This document shows positions 51,557 through 61,398 of a DNA stretch of 64,000 bases, piece after piece; the first letter of the stretch is position 1, and the number at the start of each line of letters is the position of its first letter. This DNA is from Pavona decussata (taxonomy: Eukaryota). Location of the stretch: contig CDRNST010000186.1 in NCBI GenBank assembly GCA_977016875.1, positions 2,232,001 through 2,296,000 of the forward strand, read 5' to 3'. The notes below the pieces were generated by a model. That model was not told the origin of the DNA. It ran no database searches and saw only the letters and a program-made list of their open reading frames with translations. The position numbers were made by a program, and so were the translations under genes.

Positions 51557-52249
51557 ATGAGAGGCCAAGTTTGCGATAAACTATCGAAGACTCCGTGGCA
51601 AAAATATGATGTTACTCCAGTACCCAAGATGCCGGGAATCTATGCAATTGGTCAAAATGTGGGAGGCAAGGAAACCAAATATTTGTACATTGGTCGATCA
51701 AATGATGTGAAGAGGAGATTACAGGAGCATAAAACCCCAACGCCGCAACAAGATATTGACAAAAGAGTAGCTGGAAAATTTAAACAGCACAAGGAGTCCG
51801 AGCTAAGGATAAAGTACGTCCCTGAAAAGAAGCAGAAATCAAAAGAAGGTGCTTATATTGAGTGTATGACTAAAAAGAATAAAAATCGCCCTGTGCTGAA
51901 TAAGCGCGCTGGGGACGGTTGTACGTCATGTGCAAGAGGACCAAACAGGAGTCCCACAAGCAAGCCCCCCAAAAGCGGCCCTAAAGTGCGATCGTCCAGC
52001 GGAGCTCCTTCTATTAGATCCTCGAGGGGACCAAAAGTGACATCCTCGGGCAGCCATAAAGTTCGATCACCAAGTAGCCCCAAAGTTCGATCATCAGGTG
52101 GGACATCCTCTGTTCGATCGTCGAGTGGCCCCAAAGTGAGATCTTCGGGTGGCCCTAAAGTGTCTGGCAAAGCCCCTTCTATAAGGTCCTCAGGAGGCGT
52201 AAAAGTGCGGTCAGCTGGCAGGTCATTTGGTGGAAGGAGAGGAAGATAA
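51557..52249 (+). CDS. GIY-YIG nuclease copy 8 (230 aa) with basic Ser/Gly/Arg/Lys repeat tail
   Basis: PGIYAIG...YLYIGRSNDVKRRLQEH...KEGAYIEC...PVLN, then CTSC and about 10 GPKVRSS-like repeats. Acceptor ttttccccAG (51543-44). Confidence 0.88.
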   Translation: MRGQVCDKLSKTPWQKYDVTPVPKMPGIYAIGQNVGGKETKYLYIGRSNDVKRRLQEHKTPTPQQDIDKRVAGKFKQHKESELRIKYVPEKKQKSKEGAYIECMTKKNKNRPVLNKRAGDGCTSCARGPNRSPTSKPPKSGPKVRSSSGAPSIRSSRGPKVTSSGSHKVRSPSSPKVRSSGGTSSVRSSSGPKVRSSGGPKVSGKAPSIRSSGGVKVRSAGRSFGGRRGR

Positions 52250-53890
52250 ACATTTTGAACTGGCTAAATCGAGTTTTAGATTATTGAACTAGTACTGAAA
52301 CCGCGTTTGATTAAAGGTTAGAGTCAGTGTGAACTAAAATGCTCTTTGTTGATGGTTCTAGCAGTAACAACGTTTTTCTTGGTGATAACTCATTAAGGGT
52401 GAGCAGCCTGGTGGGGATCTATTAACAAATGGTGCAACATTTTAGGGCTTTTTGGACCAATTCTGATTTTGTGCTAGACTACTGTAGTAGCAAGTTCACA
52501 AGTTTTCAATTATAATTCCTAAAAAATTTGTCTATTCTGTTTCCAAACGAAAACCGGCGGCACCAATTTCATTTTCCCAAAAATAGGATAAATACACAAA
52601 CCCATTTAGGATGTCACTACGCATGTGCACTTCGGGTTGATGGGACAGTAATCGCATGTCCACCGTTTAGGTTTATGTTGAAATTGTCCTTAGTAATAGT
52701 TTAGATCATAATGTTTTTCTATTTCTCTAAAAGTACTCCAACCCTCGCTTCTTGCCTTTTCAGAATAGTGGTCATATCTTAAAAAGTCACCTTGCACTCA
52801 AAAATTGTTATAGTATTGTTAGATGGCTGAACAACTCCAAGGTGCAATGAAAAGCAAAGGTTGAAGAGAACGAATAAACAGCTTCCAGGATTCACGTTCC
52901 TTTGACAGAATTTTCTAAGATAACTACTGAAACTAATAGTACAACAATGAAATACGTAAAACAGCTTCAAGTTGTACAGGTATGTTAGGTATCGTACTGA
53001 TATTCAAGAGCACTCAACGAGAGAATTTAAGCAAGACAAATTAAAGTTTTGTACCTTTTAAAAGCATATTAGTGCAAGGTCATCCGTTCGTATTCTATGA
53101 TTAATTAATTAACATTTTAGGGAACAGAATCATATTATTATTTTCAAAGTTCTGCGCTGCTGTTGGATTTTCGAAAATGTTAGCGAGTTTTATCTCACCT
53201 TGCTGAGAGAACAGAACGGATCGAAATAACCAGTGTTAAGAATTTTGAGGTGATATTTCGCCAAAGAAAATTCTTGTTTTTCTTAAGGTTGTTCCTCCTG
53301 TTTTGCAGTGCGCAATTCTACAATGTCAAAATAAAAATTTTATGTTCATTTCTAGCTAACTACTGAATATTACTCAATCTTACTTGCATCAAACAACAAA
53401 ATTCTTAATTTGCATTTTGCGCGGAAATTAAGGTGTTTTTCGCAAGACTTGCCCCAGTCCCTTCCCGGAGAAACCGATTTCGAACCACAATATCGTTTGC
53501 CAACTTCAGTGAAAATTTAAGGAAACTCCTATGTTTAGAAATACCAAATTTTGCGCCTAAATCTACCCAATGGACATTTTGGCGTACCTTCAGAGCTAAC
53601 GAGTTAGATTATTTTGTTGAATATCTCGGTAGTACTGGTCAGGAATAGTTTCCAAACAGATTTAACATTGAAAATAATTTATTCATAGGAAAAAAATTCT
53701 ATGAAATGAGCTGTTAACTACTCTCTTCAAAAAAAAATTATTGTTTTTTTTTCTTAAAACAAATAATTACAATTAAATTGGCGAATTTTCACGCTCTGTG
53801 TAGTGCGGACTTTGATGACGGTCTGCTATTGGTCAAATCCTTTGACACGCCATCTGGATCGAACCAATGGTGATTTTAGTAGCAACGGAA

Positions 53891-54164
53891 ATTGCATCAT
53901 TACTAACATAAATGTTCTTTCTTTCTGTCATCTAATATTTCATGGTATTTTTAGCAAAAGGGAAACTACCACTTTCCTGATGTCCAATCAGGTTTGGAAG
54001 GTAAATAATGAGTTTTTTGTGATTGGTCCAAGAAAACAAAAGAAATGACGTCGTGGAAACTATAACTGGTTAACTAAATCGCCATGCTGTTTCTACTGAC
54101 ACGGAGCTGAGGGGACAAGAATCGAAACTGTCGATTTTATCCTAGTACATCAAAAGAGGTAAGT
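53891..54164 (+). promoter_or_regulatory. Promoter/first-exon module (upstream of copy 9); diverged sequence but same motif order
   Basis: ATTGCATCA 53891, GGGAAACTACC 53960, CCAAT 53984, ATTGG 54022, TGACGTC 54046, TATAA 54061, donor GTAAGT 54159. Confidence 0.7.
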
Positions 54165-56530
54165 TATCTTCTTTGTTGCTTCTTGCTGCATTTCTTAGCA
54201 CCGATGTAAGAACTGCTGAGTACATCCCATCGTCGGAATCTTCCAGGTCGGTATTTATAATTATCACCGTGAATGAACGATAAACGAGCGCGAAATTCAT
54301 GCGAGCGCAGAGACACGAGGTCGTAGAAAAACCTGTGTCATACTAAATGGTAAATGGTCAAGGGGTAATTCCTACTTGTAAAGCTCGTCAAGCAATCCAA
54401 AATTGTGTCATTATGGAATCCCATGTTATCTTAAGGAATTTTCTAGACTGAGATATCTTTATGCAGTTAATTGATTTGTTCGGATTTCCCGGTAGAACCT
54501 TTTAAGAGGTAAACATTATCACACATGAAAACCGAAATGTTTTCCCCTAAATTTAGGAACTGCTGTCTCGTTTTCCGACAATCCTAATTCTAAAGGCGTT
54601 CAGGATGCGTGACATTTTATTTCACTGAAGAAACAGTTTAATTTTCATCACAATTTAATCTGGACATGCTAGTAATTAAGGCCGTCCGGCCAAACATATT
54701 TTCTGCCCAAACGATCCACTGGCTGTCGTTGCAAAGCATTTTTTGCAGCTTGATGTTCCAGATAAATTCACTGGGCTAAACCGGCGCGAGCGACACTGAC
54801 TACCTCACTAAAATGGTCGGTCTCCGAGCACATGCAAAATATAAAACATGGAATTTTGTGGTTAGAAGTCAACAAATTCTTCACCACTGCTCAGCATTTG
54901 CACTGGCATAAACTGTTATACGTGGAAAGACAGGAATGCTATACATTACCGAAGCTTGTTTTGGCTCTGACTCGTTTATTTCATCAATGCGCCTTAACTA
55001 GACCACGTGGAATTATTAATTAATGGCATGTCGACACTACGATTCACTACGTTATTCTGTATTGCATTATTTCTTTCTTTCCCTTCAAAGATTCGCTGGA
55101 GAAACATTCAAGAGCCTTCTTCAATCAATCGTAAGTTTGGATTCAACTGAGAAACAAGGTAACTTCACAAACTTCTTATCACAAGTTTTTATTGTCTTTT
55201 TCTTGCGCACGTCTGTATCAAACCGTTTCTTGGGTAGATAGACGGACAATAATTTTAATTCTTAATTCCGTAAATTAGTTCTTGAAATCACGTGTGTATG
55301 AACTAAAAAAACTGTTATATTGTATTGTGTAATGCCAGTTGTCAGTTATTGAGGAGGTGAGCTAACAAACTTCAATGTTTTGGCTTGAGAATGTTTTAAG
55401 TCAGGTCTAAGCTAGCCATGCGTTTTAACCTACATTGTTTACTAGCATGAGCTTAATCGAGTTGTGAGGGACCTAATTTCTCTGATTTCGTTACATTAAC
55501 CCGCCACATTCTCTTGTCTAATTGTCTTATGCTGTAACTCGCCTTTTTTGAACCAAGATTTCCTGCAAGACCTTTTCTTTCTCCCCTGATCGCCCTTACT
55601 TGTTCTCTTCGGTCTGTCCAACTTTCTTCTTCCTCCTGGATCTCATACCCGAGATTTTGCCGTTGTATCTTGCCTGTCTCGCAAATTAGCTCATTCTACC
55701 TATTCTACCACGATATAGATTAACTTTTTAATAATAAAAACGAGAACTATTGCTTGACAATGTGTAGGATCTTTGATTAGACGCTTTCAGTTCGACGATA
55801 TATTATGAGGTTTATTGAATATTTTCCGCAAAGGCTGATTTCTCGGAAACCGTGATTCTTAAAATATCTTTTCTCAAAAGGATCATGCATCAGGGGTCCC
55901 TAACAGATCGTCTCACTCGAGTCTTAAGGGCATTTGGGGTGATTTGAGAAATCTGTGGGGAATGGAAGCTGAATTTTTGCCTTGGTATATAAATCAAATT
56001 TGATCAGTTGTAAGGTTTCTTAGTAAAATGTTCCATCTTTAATAGTCAGTAAGATACTGTATTTATTTACTCGAATATAAATGGCCGCCGACGCTGCACT
56101 CATTACCAGTTTCACGTTTTGTCTTCTGTCAACCTCAACTAACTTTAAATTTGGATAAAATTATAGTTTTGACCAAAAAATTTGGAGTGGATTCTAATTA
56201 CTCTAGGTTTTTTTCTTACATTGAAAGATATTTAAAGATATTTCGAAGGATTCATAAAGTTGGATTTTCTTCAACATTTCATTCTAGGAGTGGCTTAAAT
56301 TAATAAAGGAGCCGCTCAATAGATGTTTGATACCGTTTGATGAGAGCAGCATTCTGAGCGATGGAGTAAATAAATAGGATAGACATAGGAGATGTGTGCC
56401 TTTGATCTCACAAATGTTCTCCATCGTTAACAACTGTTACAGTGATATACAGGAAGTGAAATAGTTTTAGATTTCCTGCGGTCTTATGCACTTTCAAGCC
56501 ATAACAACATTGTTTTGTTTACTTTCTCAG

Positions 56531-56890
56531 ATGACCGATAATATCTGCAAGCGTCTACTCAAAAATAAATGGAGTTCTTATGCCAATGATCTTGATGAAG
56601 TTCCAGAAGCAGGAGGCATTTATGCCATAGGCGATAAGGACGGGACAGTTCTGTACGTGGGCCAGTCAGAGCACATGCGAACGAGGCTGCGCCAACATAA
56701 ATCCAGGCAACAGGAAATTAATGAGCTTGTGCAGCAGCAATTTGCTGCAAACGGCGGAACAAACCTTCGAATAAAATGGATGGAGGACCCCAATCACAAA
56801 TGTGTAGAGGGCGAGTACCTCGAATGCATAGAGAAATTGCTTGGGTCTCGACCACCTTTTAACAAGAAAGGCGGAAACAAATGTGACTGA
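56531..56890 (+). CDS. GIY-YIG nuclease copy 9 (119 aa)
   Basis: GGIYAIG...VLYVGQSEHMRTRLRQH...VEGEYLEC...PPFN. The ATG directly follows acceptor ctttctcAG (56529-30). Confidence 0.88.
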   Translation: MTDNICKRLLKNKWSSYANDLDEVPEAGGIYAIGDKDGTVLYVGQSEHMRTRLRQHKSRQQEINELVQQQFAANGGTNLRIKWMEDPNHKCVEGEYLECIEKLLGSRPPFNKKGGNKCD

Positions 56891-58266
56891 TCATGGTAGC
56901 TTAATATCATAACTTTTAACTTAGATGGATCGAAAGCTTTAGAAAGCTAATTTTGGTAGTCATTACAGCCTTAGTGTTTATTGTCATTATAGAAATGGCG
57001 TTTGGTTTGAAAATCGTTTTTTTATTTGGTAATAGATAACGTCTATGGTAGCATATCGTTAAGTTTTTACCACCAAGCCAACCAAAGCATGCGGAGTTAA
57101 GGTGAGCGTTAAGGACTTTTCCAAAACATTGTAACAACTAGTGAAAGAAATGGCGCTTAAAAAACATCAGTACAATTTCAGTGGCTCTCGGTTGCTGTCT
57201 TCGGCTTGATAGGGAATATGAACAATTGGTGTGCCAGAATATAACGACGTTTTGTCACCAACCTGGGATAATTAAGAATCGATTGTAGTAAACAATTTTT
57301 AATCAGAATTCCCGGGAAATTCCTCATCCTTCGCAATTGAAACTGTTTTTTCTTTCAACCTTCAAACGATAAGCGTGCAAAACTGATGAATACGAACCTT
57401 AGACTGACACAAACCCAGTAAAAGTTGTCATTGCGCATGAGCGCTTCAAGTCGATAAGACAGTGACCAGGTGTTCGTCTGTTTACACGTTCAATAGTTTG
57501 TAGATCATAATGTTGCTCTCTTTCTCTAAAATTTTTCTAACCCCTGCTTCTTGCCTTTTCAATATTTTCAAAAGAATGAAAATTAAAACAAAACACATTG
57601 AACTTCAAAACTATGATAGCATTGATAGATTGCTTAACACCTCCAAGAAATAGTAACTGGTAAGGCTAATGATAACGAAAAACAGCTCTCAGGAGGGGCG
57701 CTTCTTTTACTTAGCTTGACAGAGGTTTGTAAGGTTAATAACTGCAACTAACAGGAAAACAGTGAGTAAGTGAAACAGCTTTCGAGTTGATCAGATTCTG
57801 CTGTATGCTACAAGTGTCGAAGTTTAGGAAGTTTAGATAAAACTCGCAACCTTTTTTTCGTTGCAAGAGTGCTAAGAGTTTCCAATCTGTCTTATAGAAG
57901 ATCTTTGAGTCTTTCAGTCATTGCTTCCTTAGTAAAGGTCATTCGAGACAACTCTTACACCCTCTATTAGTGGCTAGATTATATTCTTACAAATACGGCA
58001 TTCATGTAAAGCAGTTTATTCCAGGTAGGTTTTAATCTTAGATGACATTTTTATGTATAGTATATTTAGGATAGATTTTGTCAGTTTTATTCTGTTTTAC
58101 GAATTTATCGTGTTTAAATAAAGTGATTTAATCCATAACTCTTGCGTCATTACATAAAGTAATTTAATTTAGTCTCAGAATAACAGATTTGTTCCAAGAT
58201 ATACAAGGATCTGGCCGGTTACTTGGACAAGAAAAGGAGGCAAACGTCTTGTCAAATACCTGCACA

Positions 58267-59105
58267 TAGCCTGAGTATCAGGCCTTCCTAAGGGGAGGAG
58301 GGAAGGGGAGGGGAGGGGGAGGGGAAGGGGGAGAAGAGGAAAGGAAGGCCTGACACAAAACCTTTCAGAAGTTTGTGTCGAACGTCCGAATTTTGGACGT
58401 TGGCGCTGATTGGACGAAACACAAAAGGTTACGTCACACCGCCGGAAACAAAAATTATCATGAAAGACTAAATACAAATGTTTTGTATTTTGATATCAAA
58501 GGTCATTTCTGGGTTACGACTGCTGCGTTTATCGCCTGTTGAGCAACCGTCGTTCTTATACCCGTTGAGGCATTTATTTGAGTTTGGCACGTTTGGTTTG
58601 TTTCAGTGCGTCCGGTGACAGTACAGCCTCTCTAGTCAGGATTTGAATTGTTTAATAATCTTAATCTGGCCGCCTATTTGTTTTCGTAGCTGAGATCTTG
58701 TGTTTCTTATCACGGCTATTTGTCTTTTGATTAGTTACGGCTGCGTTTTTGTCATCACTTCTTGCCGTTCTGAACTGTGAGATTTGTATTTTCCTCCTGT
58801 AATGAAGCTGTATCTAGTCGCGAATTCTGCTCAGTGGTGCTCAACTGAAAATATTTTGTTTGGAGAGTCTTTTGCAATCGAGCTGTCTGTGTAACTTCAA
58901 TTCATATCTCTCACAGCGGTCATCGCTGACATGACAGTTGCATGACCGGAAGTTATTTGGACTGGCTACTATTTACGGCGAAGCGTCATGCTCATCGAGG
59001 GGGCGGAATACTCGGCTTAATGCTTTTGTGTCAGGCTTTTCTTCCCTTTTGCAAGTTCTCTCTTCCCCCTCTTCCCACCCCCAGAAAAGCCTGATACTCA
59101 GGCTA
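58267..59105. mobile_element. Non-autonomous DNA transposon, TAG...CTA termini, 9-bp TSD (possibly AcademH-like)
   Basis: 17-bp TIRs TAGCCTGAGTATCAGGC / GCCTGATACTCAGGCTA; ACCTGCACA duplicated at 58258-66 and 59106-14; purine/pyrimidine-rich subterminal tracts. Confidence 0.8.
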
Positions 59106-60493
59106 ACCTGCACACTAACCTTGAGCTTTCCTTTTCAAGTGCCAGTTTGATCAAATTTTTCAACGGTACAGAACTTCCAAGTTTACCTGAAATTTACTTG
59201 AAATAAGCTAAGACTTTTCGGCAGATGATTTGAAACACATAAAGATTTCAGCCATCGTGCTTGTTTTACTGATAATTTAGAAGAAATTCAGTTTTGAGCT
59301 ACTCGTTTAATTGAGTGTGAACTGTCAAATTCTACCTGCGTAGCGAGTCAGGATGAGCCCTTAAACTTTAACTTTGTTCTTGCTAGTAGCTTTTCGCAAA
59401 TATTATTATGTAAAGTTCGACGTAGGAAAAACGCACCCCTAATACGGATTGGAGTCGAGAATGTATGGGACAGCATTAATTGCTGGAATGAATGGATGGA
59501 TCTTGGGACGCGTATCTGGTACGTAGCCCCGCAGATTTTTTGCAGGGGCAGATGACATCACAAAGGAGAGAGCCTGGGATCAAGATCATCGAACGCACCT
59601 CCTAATCTTTGATTATTATTAGTTTTATGTTTATTTTTCTACTACTCTGATTAACATTTTGGTCAGGCTATGGGTCTGATAATGCGTGTCTTACGGCGGC
59701 TTAGTTAATCATTGAGGCCAATTTTATGTAGTGTTTACACTCTTATAGCCAACATTCTCCGCCCTTGTTACCACACGCTCATGCAATCATCGAGAGATTC
59801 ACTATCATTAATTGAAAGCTACATCTTATAATTTCATACCTTTAAGAAACATATTGGCGAGTTTGAACTGAAAATTCTGTAACAGTAATCGATTTAAGAA
59901 CATAGTTATCGGACCCGGAAAGGCTTTTGTACTTTCGAAAAACGGTCCCATGGTTACAACCCCAGCGACAACTGCTTTTTGGTGACAGCTTGCTCTTTAA
60001 TGGAAGGGCTCTTTTGTGCACAATTTTAAAACAGTCATAATGCTCCTTATTTTAAATCAGTTTTTAAATATTTTGCCCTTAGTCGAAAGGAGAAAGCTGA
60101 AATAAAATAATCTGTTCATTTTATTTCATTTGAGTAAAATCCTAAGTAACCGCGTTTGCTGCAAAGTCTAAATTTATTAATTTATCTTTATTTAATCAAA
60201 TTCCAAAACAACATCACATTGCACGAGACAGTCTAATGAATTTGACTATAAAAAAAAGAAGATTAAACCGCTTTTCGACCGTCCTCGGGATTCGCTGCCT
60301 AAATTATAGCAAAATAACAGTAACAGCCAAATTATTGGGATATTTTGACTGCTGATATCTTCCAAAGCAAATTTCGCAGGAATAAAGATTTGGGCCAAAA
60401 ATCGAGCAGTCGTTTCTCATACGTACAGTCTCTTAAAAAGACTAAGAAAACTAGGAATGCTAGTGACGCGAAAGAAAAAAAAACAGTAACGTC

Positions 60494-61398
60494 TTATTGA
60501 CACTTGAGAAGCTTACAGATTCCCTCTTTCACTATTTGATTTTTCCGATAATACAATATTGGGTTAATACTCGAACACAGGGTCATTACAGGAAATATAA
60601 CAGAAGTCGATAACTTCACATAAGGCTTTCTTGTAATTACAGTCATTATTACAGAAACGAACGCTGGAATGATCCCCATTACAAGCGCGGCCACCACATA
60701 TGCTGTTGTTTTAGCCAGTTTGCGCTCGAAGGCGGCATTAACGGTGTTGAAAGGGTTGGCTTGACTACCCTCTGGCATCATGTTAGCAACATTGTTGTTA
60801 TGGTGATGAAGGTGAAGAAGCGTCTTTACTTGGACAGAGATGACGATAAAGGCTGTAAGTATTAAGCAGCATACTATAGGAAATCTGAAGCGAGATTGAA
60901 GGAGACCGACTATAATGGACGTCAACCACACCACACAGCACGTGAACAGGGTGCGAGGCCGGGTCACCACAAACTTGTATTGGACAAATTTTGTGACAGC
61001 AAAGTATCGATCGATACTGATAACGGCAAGATTCAGCAAGGTACCGGAAGTACTTATTGCAAGAAGTGCAATAATTGTTGTCTCCTCCAATTCCGAGTAA
61101 ATCTCACAAACTTGGCTGTTCAGTAAATGTTTTATTCTTAAACTGGAGTTCATAGGTCCAACAATCGCTCCCCAAAAAAAGTCTGTGAGTGTCAAGCTGC
61201 ACAGCATCAACAGCCCTGGACGAATAGACTTAACACCCGTTCTGAGTAACGCCACGATGACAGCTGCATTGGACACACAACACCAAACACTCAACAGCTC
61301 GTAAACGGGGAGATAAAGTTGGTGTAGTAGAAGTAACTCTTCTGAAAGGACAAGTCTATTCCTGGAAGAAAACACGACTGATCGACTTGGTCTTCCAT
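60494..61398 (-). pseudogene. Class A (rhodopsin-like) orphan GPCR, single coding exon, probable 5' frameshift
   Basis: Seven hydrophobic segments; SN in TM1, LTLTD in TM2, ISIDRY, TM4 W, SSINPILYY. The best ATG (aaaATGG, 61398, after an acceptor at ~61432) is 1 nt out of frame with the 7TM ORF, which opens at GTG 61375. Confidence 0.75.

Noticed and set aside
6354-56890. GIY-YIG ORFs as Penelope retroelement remnants or homing endonucleases
   Set aside because: No reverse transcriptase, pseudo-LTRs or group I intron context seen. Each ORF has its own ATG, a spliced leader and a Pol II-type promoter.
6354-56890. Annotation as SLX1, ANKLE1 or UvrC
   Set aside because: No RING, ankyrin/LEM, UVR or RNase H-like domains; the proteins are only 116-230 aa.
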